From: Escherichia phage T4 | Length of the DNA: 64,000 bases | Sequence record: OL964735.1 | Strand: one strand, 5' to 3' | Shown: one piece after another, positions 1-9,767 of the stretch | Position numbering within the stretch: the stretch's first letter is position 1 | Layout of the letters: each line of letters starts with the position of its first letter | Position numbers and translations under genes: made by a program | Notes under the pieces: model-generated | What the model was told of the DNA's origin: nothing | Database searches by the model: none | What the model saw: only the letters and a program-made list of their open reading frames with translations

Positions 1-442
1 CATTATCGCTTCCCGTAACGTAGTTAACGTTCTGGCTTCAGTTGATACCGGCATTTCTTATGCTGCACAGGGTCTGGCTACCGGCTTTAACACTGATACT
101 ACCAAGTCAGTATTTGCTGGTGTTCTGGGTGGTAAATACCGCGTATATATCGACCAGTATGCTAAACAGGATTATTTCACTGTAGGTTATAAAGGTCCGA
201 ACGAAATGGATGCTGGTATTTACTATGCTCCATATGTAGCTCTGACTCCGCTGCGTGGTTCCGATCCGAAGAACTTCCAACCGGTAATGGGATTCAAAAC
301 TCGTTACGGTATCGGTATCAACCCATTTGCAGAATCCGCTGCTCAGGCTCCGGCTTCTCGCATCCAGAGCGGTATGCCTTCTATTCTGAATAGCCTTGGT
401 AAAAACGCTTACTTTAGACGTGTATATGTTAAAGGTATCTAA
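1..442 (+). CDS. 23: Major capsid protein gp23, C-terminal fragment (5' end outside window)
   Basis: ORF runs in from the window edge with no stop, ends ...RRVYVKGI at 442; codon usage typical of a highly expressed gene; lies directly upstream of segD-24 as in T4. Confidence 0.8.
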   Translation, partial: IIASRNVVNVLASVDTGISYAAQGLATGFNTDTTKSVFAGVLGGKYRVYIDQYAKQDYFTVGYKGPNEMDAGIYYAPYVALTPLRGSDPKNFQPVMGFKTRYGIGINPFAESAAQAPASRIQSGMPSILNSLGKNAYFRRVYVKGI

Positions 443-468
443 TCTCTAACGATAGAAACACAATTTTA

Positions 469-492
469 GGGAACCTTCGGGTTCCCTTTTTC
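469..492 (+). terminator. Rho-independent terminator after gene 23
   Basis: GC stem gggaacc/ggttccc with ttcg loop followed by T-run, immediately after the gene 23 stop. Confidence 0.6.
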
Positions 493-1166
493 TATTTTAT
501 ACGATAGCAATCAGGCATATCATCCGCATTTATCCAATTGCGAATAGTTTTAGGACTAACTTTAAAATGCTCCGCTGCGTAATCAGGATTATCAAATTTA
601 ACGCCCTTTATACATATTGGAATAAATTTTTTAATACCACCAAGTTTTTCAGAAATAGCTTTACGATGTGAAATCGATATAGGTTTGTTTTTTCGTGGAT
701 GAACATGTGTTTTATAATATTCATTGCGCCCTTTAACTCGCTTCGCAATAGTTTCATCAGATTGCTTAACGCCTGTTTTTGCCTTTGATATTTTTCGTTT
801 AGCTTCCACAGTCATTCCTTCTTTTGTTCGTATTGATAACATATTACGATATGAAGGATCTTGCAAATGAACTATAACTGGATTTCCTCTGCCACCAATA
901 GCAGCATTATAGGTATCAGTTCTCATAACGAATTCCTCATTAACTAGTAAAGCTTCCATTTTATACATCTCCTCAGATGAGGAGAAAGAATAAAGAATTT
1001 CTTTTTTAAAGTTATGAATACCATATTTTTTGATGGATTTTTTGATGTTTACGCCAGAACCCATATAACCATCGTTTTCGTCAAGAGTAGCATGAGCTCC
1101 GATGTAAATTTTTCCATTGATGATATTAGTAATTTGATATATTAAATATTTCATTTTAAACATCAC
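492..1166 (-). CDS. segD: GIY-YIG homing endonuclease (SegD-like), freestanding between 23 and 24
   Basis: 224-aa ORF; N-terminal GIY-YIG module (YLIYQITN...GKIYIGAH...GYMGSG...N); position matches T4 segD. Confidence 0.7.
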   Translation of the reverse strand: MMFKMKYLIYQITNIINGKIYIGAHATLDENDGYMGSGVNIKKSIKKYGIHNFKKEILYSFSSSEEMYKMEALLVNEEFVMRTDTYNAAIGGRGNPVIVHLQDPSYRNMLSIRTKEGMTVEAKRKISKAKTGVKQSDETIAKRVKGRNEYYKTHVHPRKNKPISISHRKAISEKLGGIKKFIPICIKGVKFDNPDYAAEHFKVSPKTIRNWINADDMPDCYRIK

Positions 1167-1218
1167 TCCGTTTGTATATGATTATAATATCATATTACTT
1201 TGGTCTTGTAAATAACTT

Positions 1219-1226
1219 TATAAATA
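1219..1226 (+). promoter_or_regulatory. T4 late promoter (TATAAATA) for gene 24
   Basis: Exact TATAAATA about 28 nt upstream of the gene 24 ATG. Confidence 0.6.
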
Positions 1227-1253
1227 GTATTATATTTCAACAAGGAAAATACA

Positions 1254-2537
1254 ATGGCTAAAATCAACGAACTTCTGCGCGAATCAACCACAACGAATAG
1301 CAACTCAATCGGTCGCCCAAATCTCGTTGCTTTGACTCGCGCTACCACTAAATTAATATATTCTGACATTGTAGCAACGCAAAGAACTAATCAACCTGTT
1401 GCTGCTTTTTATGGTATCAAATACCTTAACCCAGACAACGAATTTACATTTAAAACTGGTGCTACTTACGCTGGCGAAGCTGGATATGTAGACCGAGAAC
1501 AAATCACAGAATTAACAGAAGAGTCTAAATTAACTCTCAATAAAGGCGATTTATTCAAATATAATAATATCGTTTATAAAGTATTAGAAGATACTCCATT
1601 TGCTACTATCGAAGAAAGTGATTTAGAATTAGCTCTTCAGATTGCAATCGTTCTTTTAAAGGTTCGTCTATTTTCTGACGCAGCGTCAACAAGCAAATTT
1701 GAAAGCTCTGATAGTGAAATTGCGGATGCTAGATTCCAGATTAATAAATGGCAAACTGCAGTTAAATCTCGTAAACTTAAAACTGGCATCACAGTTGAAT
1801 TAGCGCAAGATTTAGAAGCAAATGGATTCGATGCTCCTAATTTCTTGGAAGATTTGCTTGCAACTGAAATGGCAGATGAAATCAATAAAGACATTCTGCA
1901 GTCTTTGATTACAGTGTCAAAACGCTATAAAGTTACAGGAATTACTGATAGTGGATTCATCGATTTGAGTTATGCATCTGCTCCTGAAGCTGGTCGTTCA
2001 TTATACCGAATGGTATGTGAAATGGTTTCGCATATCCAAAAAGAATCAACTTATACAGCAACGTTCTGTGTTGCTTCAGCTCGTGCCGCTGCGATTCTTG
2101 CTGCATCAGGCTGGTTAAAACATAAACCAGAAGATGACAAATATCTTTCACAAAATGCCTACGGGTTCTTAGCTAATGGTTTACCGCTTTATTGCGATAC
2201 TAACAGCCCATTAGATTATGTAATCGTTGGCGTAGTAGAAAATATCGGTGAAAAAGAAATTGTTGGATCAATTTTCTATGCTCCGTATACAGAAGGTCTC
2301 GACTTAGATGACCCTGAACATGTAGGTGCATTTAAAGTTGTTGTTGATCCAGAAAGCTTACAACCATCTATCGGTTTATTAGTTAGATATGCTTTATCAG
2401 CAAATCCTTATACTGTAGCAAAAGATGAAAAAGAAGCAAGAATAATTGACGGTGGAGACATGGATAAAATGGCAGGTCGTTCAGATTTGTCTGTTTTATT
2501 AGGTGTTAAGCTACCAAAAATTATCATTGATGAATAA
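1254..2537 (+). CDS. 24: Capsid vertex protein gp24
   Basis: 427-aa ORF (T4 gp24 is 427 aa); follows gene 23 and segD; AAGGA RBS. Confidence 0.9.
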   Translation: MAKINELLRESTTTNSNSIGRPNLVALTRATTKLIYSDIVATQRTNQPVAAFYGIKYLNPDNEFTFKTGATYAGEAGYVDREQITELTEESKLTLNKGDLFKYNNIVYKVLEDTPFATIEESDLELALQIAIVLLKVRLFSDAASTSKFESSDSEIADARFQINKWQTAVKSRKLKTGITVELAQDLEANGFDAPNFLEDLLATEMADEINKDILQSLITVSKRYKVTGITDSGFIDLSYASAPEAGRSLYRMVCEMVSHIQKESTYTATFCVASARAAAILAASGWLKHKPEDDKYLSQNAYGFLANGLPLYCDTNSPLDYVIVGVVENIGEKEIVGSIFYAPYTEGLDLDDPEHVGAFKVVVDPESLQPSIGLLVRYALSANPYTVAKDEKEARIIDGGDMDKMAGRSDLSVLLGVKLPKIIIDE

Positions 2538-2543
2538 AACAAA

Positions 2544-2565
2544 GGGACCTTTCGGTCCCTTTTTA
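2544..2565 (+). terminator. Rho-independent terminator after gene 24
   Basis: Hairpin gggacc-tttc-ggtccc followed by TTTTTATTT. Confidence 0.6.
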
Positions 2566-2566
2566 T

Positions 2567-3571
2567 TTAACTTACCAACTCAATCCAAGCTGGACGAAGT
2601 ACATCTTGTACCATTTTAACTAATTCCTTTTTAATCAAAGAAGGATTATCTGCTTGAGTTAGAGTAATACCTTCACGAGAAGTTTCTTCCAAAATATCTT
2701 GAACAGTTAGCCCCATCACCTTTCCAAAATCCTTTGGACCAATTTCGCCAATTTTAGAAATAACGTTATTTACGCGGTTCAGTGTAACGTAACAAGCTAA
2801 AATTCCCACCAATTTGTTATCAGCTTCTGATAGCTCAACTTTAGCTTTAATAGGCTTATCAGACTTTTTCTTTTCACTAAATTTAGAGTTCTTGCATTTA
2901 ATCGCTACACGATTTCCATTACGAAGCCAAGAAGGATAACAAGGTTTCAATACATATCCTTCAGCAGTAAATACTTCGCCTTTTGCTTCGGCATTCCAAA
3001 CGCATTTATTTGCATCAACTAATCCAGCATGGTCTACTGTAAAATTATAATCTTGGACGACAGAATCTAAATCATTTGGCAATTTAATAAGCTCTTCAAA
3101 TTTACCGCGACCTAAAAGTGGAGCCATTTTAAATTTAAATGTATTACAGAATGATTCCATCATATAATCATCTACATAAGTCACATCACCGCTTTCTGTA
3201 GTAACAATAATGTCAAATACATAAAAATCTTTATCACCATAATCAACATTCTTCTGAATGCCAGGTCCAGCGAATTCGCCAAAGACTTGATAAGATACAA
3301 CCGCTGAGGTTTCCATAATATCTTGTACAGCTTTAATGGAATCAGCATAATTCTTCAAAATAATTTCATACCCAAAGAAATCTTCAGCAGGAAGAATCGG
3401 TCCAGTGCGTTTAGCGCAAGTCACTTTATCACGCTCAATAATCAATGAGAAATTTGTGCCGTGAATCTTTTCACGAGCTACCCACTCCCCACCAGTCAAT
3501 CCCAAGCTATAAAGTTTTTCAATAAATTTAGAGTTGTAATGATTTTCAAGACTGCTATACTTTTTAAACAT
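2567..3571 (-). CDS. rnlB: RNA ligase 2 (Rnl2)
   Basis: 334-aa ORF (T4 Rnl2 is 334 aa); nucleotidyltransferase motif I KIHGTN with the adenylated lysine. Confidence 0.9.
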   Translation of the reverse strand: MFKKYSSLENHYNSKFIEKLYSLGLTGGEWVAREKIHGTNFSLIIERDKVTCAKRTGPILPAEDFFGYEIILKNYADSIKAVQDIMETSAVVSYQVFGEFAGPGIQKNVDYGDKDFYVFDIIVTTESGDVTYVDDYMMESFCNTFKFKMAPLLGRGKFEELIKLPNDLDSVVQDYNFTVDHAGLVDANKCVWNAEAKGEVFTAEGYVLKPCYPSWLRNGNRVAIKCKNSKFSEKKKSDKPIKAKVELSEADNKLVGILACYVTLNRVNNVISKIGEIGPKDFGKVMGLTVQDILEETSREGITLTQADNPSLIKKELVKMVQDVLRPAWIELVS

Positions 3572-3580
3572 AATTAATCC

Positions 3581-3859
3581 TCAAAATGTAATTTCTAACC
3601 AATCACCATCACGCTGATCACTATTGACTTTAAAGCTGAATCCTTCTTTTCTCAGCCAATCACCAATTTCTTCTGTAATCAATTTATCACGAGCAATACA
3701 ATAATAATTAAAATGTGTTTTACCTTGTTCAGCTGCTTTATTAGCAAGTTCTGAAAAATCTTTAATAAAACACTCTAGCTTAAACTGTTTACTTTTTAAT
3801 GCTTTTTCGCGTAATTGATTAGCAAAAGATTCATTTTCATAAAGATCATACTGTTCCAT
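3581..3859 (-). CDS. 24.2: Hypothetical protein (24.2 position)
   Basis: 92-aa ORF in the same operon orientation; position as in T4. Confidence 0.5.
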   Translation of the reverse strand: MEQYDLYENESFANQLREKALKSKQFKLECFIKDFSELANKAAEQGKTHFNYYCIARDKLITEEIGDWLRKEGFSFKVNSDQRDGDWLEITF

Positions 3860-4061
3860 TTTTCACCTTTTTATTGATATGTCTTTTTCTATAGACAACT
3901 TTTTCTCGAGTTTCAAATTTATTCTTAGCAGTCATAGCTCGAGCCCATAATACAGCCACTTCTTTTGCCTGTAAGTTTAATTCACGAGCAATTTCAATGA
4001 ATGACTTTCCAGACTCATGAAGAGTAAACACCACAACCTCAGTTCTCATAATCAATCTCAT
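3846..4061 (-). CDS. 24.3: Hypothetical protein with HTH-like segment (24.3 position)
   Basis: 71-aa ORF; start overlaps upstream gene; possible helix-turn-helix GKSFIEIARELNLQAKEV. Confidence 0.5.
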   Translation of the reverse strand: MRLIMRTEVVVFTLHESGKSFIEIARELNLQAKEVAVLWARAMTAKNKFETREKVVYRKRHINKKVKNGTV

Positions 4062-4130
4062 GTTATCGAGTTGGTGCCATTATATACATCATTTTCTGAT
4101 TGTGTTTTGTGTGCTTTCAAAATGAAGAAA

Positions 4131-4144
4131 GGGGCCGAAGCCCC
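4131..4144 (-). terminator. Hairpin terminator after hoc
   Basis: ggggc-cgaa-gcccc stem-loop with U-rich tail on the minus strand. Confidence 0.5.
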
Positions 4145-4150
4145 TTATGA

Positions 4151-5281
4151 TTATGGATAGGTATAGATGATACCAGTTTCTAAAGCAGTTTTATGAATGA
4201 TGTATCCATTACGCGATTCTTGGACATCAACTTCTGGATAGTCTTTCATCATCTTCTGGAGAGTGTAACGATGCAGGTAATATTTACTATCTGGGTCGTC
4301 AGTTTTCCAATCTTTACCTTCTTCGGTCATTTTTTGGATTTCATCCATAACCCACCAACCGCACCAGATGTAAGCTGAGCTACGGTGTGGAAGAGGATGA
4401 ACATAAGGTAATTCACCTTCTGGTTCTGGAGCAACTTTAGCCGTGACTGTTACATTACCAGTTTTGGTAACGGTTACAGGGTTATAATCTGCAGCAGTAA
4501 CAGTTGCAGTAACTTCAATAGTTTGACTTCCAACAGATGAGGTATCGACAGTATATACGTTAGTTGACCCTTCTACAGGAGAAGAATCTTTCTTCCATGA
4601 GTAAGTAATTTGTGCTTCTTCTGGAGCACCCGTAACATTAGCCGTAAATGTAGCCGAAGCATCTTGCTGAACATTAATAGAAGGAGGAGTCAATGTAACC
4701 TGTGGATTCATTGTCTTCTTATTAACCGTTAATGATACTTCATTAGAAGTAACGCTTAGTGCATCATAATCTGTCGCGGTTACTTGGGCTACGCATTTAA
4801 TTCTTTTTACTCCACTTGTAGTTGGAGTATAGCTAAATGTAGAGTTAGTTTCTCCACCAACTTGTGAATCATCTACATACCACTGATACGTAGCAGATGC
4901 TCCATCAGGTTGAGAAGCTAAGGCAGCAGTAAATTGAACTGGGGTTCCAATCACTCCAGCCGCAGGACTAGCAGGAGTTACGGCTAAGGTAGTCGTCTGT
5001 GTCTTATTTTTAACTGTGATAGTTGTTGTCGCTTCAGCCGTTTCCGGGCCTCCTTCAGAAAGTGTATTTGTTGCAACTACTTTAATAGTCTTTTGACCGG
5101 CAGGTCCTTTTAGTACATAACTAAAAGTTGCTTCAGCTCCATCTTGTGGAACATTATCTACGCTCCAAGCATATGTAATAGTTCCGCCTCCAGTTTGACC
5201 ACTGGGTGTAGCAGTAAACTGCTTAGTTTCATCAATAACCCCTGTAGGTGTTTTAGGAGTTATATCAACTGTAAAAGTCAT
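4151..5281 (-). CDS. hoc: Highly immunogenic outer capsid protein Hoc (tandem Ig-like domains)
   Basis: 376-aa ORF (T4 Hoc is 376 aa); repeated Thr/Val-rich beta-strand modules; conserved C-terminal capsid-binding region. Confidence 0.85.
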   Translation of the reverse strand: MTFTVDITPKTPTGVIDETKQFTATPSGQTGGGTITYAWSVDNVPQDGAEATFSYVLKGPAGQKTIKVVATNTLSEGGPETAEATTTITVKNKTQTTTLAVTPASPAAGVIGTPVQFTAALASQPDGASATYQWYVDDSQVGGETNSTFSYTPTTSGVKRIKCVAQVTATDYDALSVTSNEVSLTVNKKTMNPQVTLTPPSINVQQDASATFTANVTGAPEEAQITYSWKKDSSPVEGSTNVYTVDTSSVGSQTIEVTATVTAADYNPVTVTKTGNVTVTAKVAPEPEGELPYVHPLPHRSSAYIWCGWWVMDEIQKMTEEGKDWKTDDPDSKYYLHRYTLQKMMKDYPEVDVQESRNGYIIHKTALETGIIYTYP

Positions 5282-5290
5282 AAGTTATCC

Positions 5291-5971
5291 TTATTTTAAT
5301 GTTACGAAAGAAGAGTTGCGTGTTTCACGAATTAAAACTGATCCATCGCGATTAATGTAATAAATTAAGCTAAATAAAGTTTGGTGTGCTGACGCATGTT
5401 CAAAACTAGTTGGGTGAGATTTCCAATCAGGAGTTTCAGCAATCCATTGATAAATCCACCAAGGAACAGTACAGAATCCTGGATTTTTTCCAATCAGTTG
5501 AAGATTCGGACTAAAGTTTTCCGGAAGAGTAAATACAGACGGCTTTTCAGATTCAATAATCTCAGCTACAGCCTGTTCGAATTTTTCTTCAACAAAAGGA
5601 GTATCTTCAATCAAAACATCGGTATTTTCAGGAATTTTATCCGTTTCTACTACTTCAATTTTAATGTCAGATTTAATCGGAGAATCAATCAGAAGTGCTG
5701 CTTCTGGATTGACTTCTTCATCGTCATATTTTAATCCCTCTGCGGCATCAGCAGCATCAATTAAGTCTTTAATAGATAACCCATCAGTCTCTGGCATAGG
5801 TTCACTAGCGAGCTTCTGGAGGGCTTCTTCAATATCAACAACGATATTATCAAAAGATTTATTCTTTTTGACCTTTATACCAAACTGTTCAGCATATTCA
5901 GCTAATTTAGCTTTAGCTTCTTTGTTATCATCAAGAGCCTTCAGCTCTGCAATATAATCTTTATCTATCAT
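5291..5971 (-). CDS. inh: Inh, inhibitor of prohead protease
   Basis: 226-aa acidic ORF between hoc and segE, as in T4. Confidence 0.7.
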   Translation of the reverse strand: MIDKDYIAELKALDDNKEAKAKLAEYAEQFGIKVKKNKSFDNIVVDIEEALQKLASEPMPETDGLSIKDLIDAADAAEGLKYDDEEVNPEAALLIDSPIKSDIKIEVVETDKIPENTDVLIEDTPFVEEKFEQAVAEIIESEKPSVFTLPENFSPNLQLIGKNPGFCTVPWWIYQWIAETPDWKSHPTSFEHASAHQTLFSLIYYINRDGSVLIRETRNSSFVTLK

Positions 5972-6020
5972 AATATTTCCTCAGTATAAATATAGATATA
6001 TTTATTACTCGGAAAATAGT

Positions 6021-6638
6021 ATGTACCACTTTGTATATGAAACAACAAATCTAATAAATGGTAAAAAGTATATAGGAAAGCACTCTACTGATGACTTGAA
6101 TGATGGTTACCTTGGTTCCGGTAAGGCAATTCAGCAGGCTATAAAGAAATATGGTGAAAACAATTTCTCTAGAACAATACTAAAAGAGTTTAAAACTTCC
6201 GAAGAAGCGTACATGTATGAAGAAGAAATTATAACTCCTGAACTAATAAAAAGCAAAAATTATTATAATATGAAACCTGGTGGAATTGGTGGAATTGTTA
6301 TGACTACAGATGTTATAGCAAAGATGAAAGAATCTTCCGCTAAAAGATTTGAAAACTCACCGGGCACGGTATTAGGTAAAACTTGTTATACTAATGGAAC
6401 TAAAAATATTTTTATTAAACCTGGAGAACTTGTTCCAGAAGGATTTGTAAAAGGGATGGTTCATCCTAATAGAAAGTCCAGAAAAGGATGTAAAGTCAAA
6501 CCGACTACCACAGGAACTTTTTGGGTCAATAATGGCGCAATAAATAAATTAATACAACCAGACGGTATTATTCCCGACGGATTTATTAAAGGTCGTCTCA
6601 TGAAAAGAGATTCTAAAGGCAAATTTAGTAAGGCATAA
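6021..6638 (+). CDS. segE: GIY-YIG homing endonuclease SegE
   Basis: 205-aa ORF; GIY-YIG motif YHFVYETTN...KYIGKH...GYLGSG; freestanding between inh and uvsW. Confidence 0.75.
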   Translation: MYHFVYETTNLINGKKYIGKHSTDDLNDGYLGSGKAIQQAIKKYGENNFSRTILKEFKTSEEAYMYEEEIITPELIKSKNYYNMKPGGIGGIVMTTDVIAKMKESSAKRFENSPGTVLGKTCYTNGTKNIFIKPGELVPEGFVKGMVHPNRKSRKGCKVKPTTTGTFWVNNGAINKLIQPDGIIPDGFIKGRLMKRDSKGKFSKA

Positions 6639-6640
6639 TT

Positions 6641-8149
6641 ATGGATATTAAAGTACATTTTCACGACTTCAGTCATGTACGCATCGATTGTGAAGAGAGC
6701 ACGTTCCACGAATTAAGAGATTTCTTTTCGTTTGAGGCCGATGGATATAGATTTAATCCTCGCTTCAGATATGGCAACTGGGATGGACGAATCCGTCTTT
6801 TAGATTATAATCGTCTTCTTCCATTCGGCTTAGTCGGGCAAATTAAAAAATTCTGTGATAATTTTGGCTATAAAGCCTGGATTGACCCACAAATTAACGA
6901 AAAAGAAGAATTATCAAGAAAAGATTTTGATGAATGGCTTTCTAAATTAGAAATCTATTCAGGAAATAAAAGAATTGAACCGCACTGGTATCAAAAAGAT
7001 GCAGTGTTCGAAGGATTAGTTAATCGTCGTAGAATTCTTAATCTTCCAACATCTGCAGGTAAATCTTTAATTCAAGCTTTGCTTGCGCGATATTATTTGG
7101 AAAATTATGAAGGTAAAATTCTTATCATTGTTCCAACAACTGCTCTGACAACTCAGATGGCTGATGACTTCGTCGACTATCGTTTATTCAGCCATGCAAT
7201 GATAAAGAAAATTGGTGGCGGAGCATCAAAAGATGATAAATATAAAAATGATGCACCAGTCGTTGTTGGTACATGGCAAACTGTAGTAAAACAACCGAAA
7301 GAATGGTTCTCACAGTTTGGAATGATGATGAATGATGAATGCCATCTTGCTACAGGAAAAAGTATTTCATCTATCATATCAGGTTTAAATAACTGCATGT
7401 TCAAATTCGGTTTGTCTGGTTCATTACGTGATGGCAAAGCCAATATCATGCAGTATGTTGGAATGTTTGGTGAAATATTTAAACCAGTAACGACTTCTAA
7501 ATTAATGGAAGATGGACAAGTAACTGAGCTAAAAATTAATAGTATTTTTCTTCGCTATCCCGATGAGTTCACTACTAAATTAAAGGGAAAAACTTACCAA
7601 GAAGAAATAAAAATTATTACTGGGCTTAGTAAAAGAAATAAATGGATCGCTAAATTAGCTATTAAGCTTGCGCAAAAAGATGAAAACGCTTTTGTCATGT
7701 TTAAACATGTATCGCATGGTAAAGCTATTTTCGATTTAATTAAAAATGAATACGATAAAGTTTATTACGTATCAGGGGAAGTTGATACCGAAACCCGCAA
7801 TATAATGAAAACCTTAGCTGAAAATGGTAAAGGAATAATTATAGTAGCTAGTTATGGTGTATTTTCTACTGGTATTTCAGTTAAAAATCTGCATCACGTT
7901 GTTTTAGCGCACGGTGTTAAATCAAAAATCATTGTATTACAAACAATCGGTCGTGTATTACGTAAGCATGGTTCTAAGACAATAGCAACAGTCTGGGACC
8001 TCATAGATGACGCAGGCGTCAAGCCAAAATCTGCTAATACGAAAAAGAAATATGTTCATTTGAACTATCTTTTAAAACACGGCATTGATCGTATTCAGCG
8101 CTACGCAGATGAAAAATTTAATTACGTAATGAAAACAGTTAATTTATAA
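6641..8149 (+). CDS. uvsW: UvsW SF2 DNA helicase
   Basis: 502-aa ORF; Walker A NLPTSAGKS; DEAH-like box MNDECH; position as in T4. Confidence 0.9.
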   Translation: MDIKVHFHDFSHVRIDCEESTFHELRDFFSFEADGYRFNPRFRYGNWDGRIRLLDYNRLLPFGLVGQIKKFCDNFGYKAWIDPQINEKEELSRKDFDEWLSKLEIYSGNKRIEPHWYQKDAVFEGLVNRRRILNLPTSAGKSLIQALLARYYLENYEGKILIIVPTTALTTQMADDFVDYRLFSHAMIKKIGGGASKDDKYKNDAPVVVGTWQTVVKQPKEWFSQFGMMMNDECHLATGKSISSIISGLNNCMFKFGLSGSLRDGKANIMQYVGMFGEIFKPVTTSKLMEDGQVTELKINSIFLRYPDEFTTKLKGKTYQEEIKIITGLSKRNKWIAKLAIKLAQKDENAFVMFKHVSHGKAIFDLIKNEYDKVYYVSGEVDTETRNIMKTLAENGKGIIIVASYGVFSTGISVKNLHHVVLAHGVKSKIIVLQTIGRVLRKHGSKTIATVWDLIDDAGVKPKSANTKKKYVHLNYLLKHGIDRIQRYADEKFNYVMKTVNL

Positions 8150-8161
8150 GGGCTTCGGCCC
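8150..8161 (+). terminator. GC hairpin between uvsW and uvsW.1
   Basis: gggc-ttcg-gccc stem-loop immediately after the uvsW stop, overlapping the uvsW.1 RBS. Confidence 0.4.
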
Positions 8162-8162
8162 T

Positions 8163-8405
8163 TTGGAGAAAAAGATGTTACTAGAATTTAAACAATTTCT
8201 TTATGAAGCTTCTATTGATGAATTTATGGGTAAAATTGCCTCTTGTCAAACATTAGAAGGTTTAGAAGAACTTGAAGCTTATTATAAGAAAAGAGTCAAA
8301 GAAACTGAATTAAAAGATACTGATGACATCTCTGTGAGAGATGCTTTGGCAGGAAAAAGAGCTGAATTAGAAGATTCAGACGATGAAGTAGAAGAAAGCT
8401 TTTAA
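8163..8405 (+). CDS. uvsW.1: UvsW.1 small acidic protein
   Basis: 80-aa ORF directly downstream of uvsW in a different frame. Confidence 0.65.
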   Translation: MEKKMLLEFKQFLYEASIDEFMGKIASCQTLEGLEELEAYYKKRVKETELKDTDDISVRDALAGKRAELEDSDDEVEESF

Positions 8406-8460
8406 ATTAAAAAAGGCCCAACCAAAAAGGAAGGGCCAAAACTATAGACTAAAGGTCACA

Positions 8461-8628
8461 CTATAGCAAAAGTTGTGTTTCATTTAATTGTTCTTCCGAA
8501 CTTTCTGAAACTGGTAGTTCTTTAATGTAATTATAGCAAGGCCCAGGATGTACAGGACCTTTGTCTGTTTCAACAACCAATGCAGAATCGATTGGAGTTT
8601 TACAGACAACACAAATCTTATCTGACAT
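8461..8628 (-). CDS. uvsY.-2: Small Cys-containing protein (uvsY.-2 position)
   Basis: 55-codon ORF read by hand (below the 60-aa track threshold); GAGGAG RBS 5 nt upstream of ATG; CxxC...PC motif. Confidence 0.45.
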   Translation of the reverse strand: MSDKICVVCKTPIDSALVVETDKGPVHPGPCYNYIKELPVSESSEEQLNETQLLL

Positions 8629-8654
8629 GATTGTCTCCTCTGAATTATATCTAT

Positions 8655-8879
8655 TTATACAACTCTCATATGCATATCAATGCCCATATCTTTAGAATAA
8701 AAATATTCATCAAGATATCCGGCAAATTTTCCTTTAATATAAAGGACATCTTCACCACACGGGTGGTCGGCCAGGATACGAATATCCTGACGCTTAAGAT
8801 TATGCTTTTTCATTAAGAATTGAATTTCCGTTTCAAATTCTTCTTCATAATTAAAAGCATCATCAATGCTATATCTCAT
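8655..8879 (-). CDS. uvsY.-1: Hypothetical protein (uvsY.-1 position)
   Basis: 74-aa ORF; start codon abuts the uvsY stop. Confidence 0.55.
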   Translation of the reverse strand: MRYSIDDAFNYEEEFETEIQFLMKKHNLKRQDIRILADHPCGEDVLYIKGKFAGYLDEYFYSKDMGIDMHMRVV

Positions 8880-9292
8880 TATTTTCCAGCCTCAAATGCT
8901 CGCATGTCTTGAATATGCTTAATAGCAAATCCACGTGATTTAATAGCATCAAGAGCTCCGCTACAGAAATCTAATAAAATCCCCCAATACTGCAACGAGG
9001 TATCAACCTTTAAAACATCCTTATCCGCTGATAGAACTGTCTTCATTTCTGATTTCTCGTAACGATCCATACTAAATTCATCACCATCTCCTCGTCCCGA
9101 GTAGTAGTCTAATCTAGCTTTAAGAGCAACTTTTTTCTGTGCTTCAATTCTAAGCATTTCCTTTTTAATACTTGAATGCTTATTAAGCCATTTACTATAT
9201 AACATCACATTATTAGCTGCTTCATACTGTAATTTAGTCGAATCTATAAACACATCTTTCTTCAATTCTTCTTGAAGATCTTCTAATCTCAT
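8879..9292 (-). CDS. uvsY: UvsY recombination mediator
   Basis: 137-aa ORF (T4 UvsY is 137 aa); position between uvsW and gene 25. Confidence 0.9.
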   Translation of the reverse strand: MRLEDLQEELKKDVFIDSTKLQYEAANNVMLYSKWLNKHSSIKKEMLRIEAQKKVALKARLDYYSGRGDGDEFSMDRYEKSEMKTVLSADKDVLKVDTSLQYWGILLDFCSGALDAIKSRGFAIKHIQDMRAFEAGK

Positions 9293-9339
9293 ATTGTTCT
9301 CTATTCAATTGTTATTGGTTGTTATTGGATGGACTTAGA

Positions 9340-9370
9340 TTCATTATACCACGTTTTAACGTGAAGCATT
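9340..9370 (-). promoter_or_regulatory. MotA-dependent middle promoter for uvsY
   Basis: Minus strand reads aaTGCTTcA (MotA box), 13 nt, TATAAT; lies in the 3' end of gene 25, upstream of uvsY. Confidence 0.5.
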
Positions 9371-9767
9371 ATACTCTATTACTGGAAGCCAGCTGCAGTT
9401 TTATCTGCTCAATATCATCAGGATTATCGATGACCGAAAAGCGTATTTCTACTATCAGAGTATAATCGTCATAAACGGGTATCACATTAACTGCTAATTT
9501 ATCAATACGTGGCTCATAGTTTCTTACTGCGCTTTCGATATTGCGTTCAACCGTGTCAGCAGTAAGAGGAGTCATATTTTCAAAAAGCTGGTCTGATAAA
9601 TCACATCCAAATTCAGGGTCAAACGGTCTTGAACCTTTTCTTGTTGTAATAATTCCCAAAAGACTGTTTTTAATTGACCTTAATCCAAGCGATCTGGAAA
9701 CGTCTTTGTTCCAATCCATTTTCATTTCCGGGTCAATATCAGAATAAAGCTTATTAATATTTGCCAT
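9369..9767 (-). CDS. 25: Baseplate wedge protein gp25
   Basis: 132-aa ORF (T4 gp25 is 132 aa); adjacent to gene 26. Confidence 0.9.
   Translation of the reverse strand: MANINKLYSDIDPEMKMDWNKDVSRSLGLRSIKNSLLGIITTRKGSRPFDPEFGCDLSDQLFENMTPLTADTVERNIESAVRNYEPRIDKLAVNVIPVYDDYTLIVEIRFSVIDNPDDIEQIKLQLASSNRV

Noticed and set aside
1637-1894. 85-aa ORF antisense within gene 24; similar antisense ORFs occur at 5396-5734, 5664-5957, 18115-18723, 41009-41428, 46091-46333, 47356-47652, 58330-58680 and 62070-62294
   Set aside because: All are embedded opposite long, well-supported genes, have no ribosome-binding sites, and are low-complexity; they are ordinary antisense open frames in AT-rich DNA.
6641-8405. 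Possibility that uvsW and uvsW.1 form one gene by frameshift
   Set aside because: They are in different frames separated by an unambiguous TAA and a hairpin, and uvsW.1 has its own start; kept as two ORFs, noted as a finding to verify.
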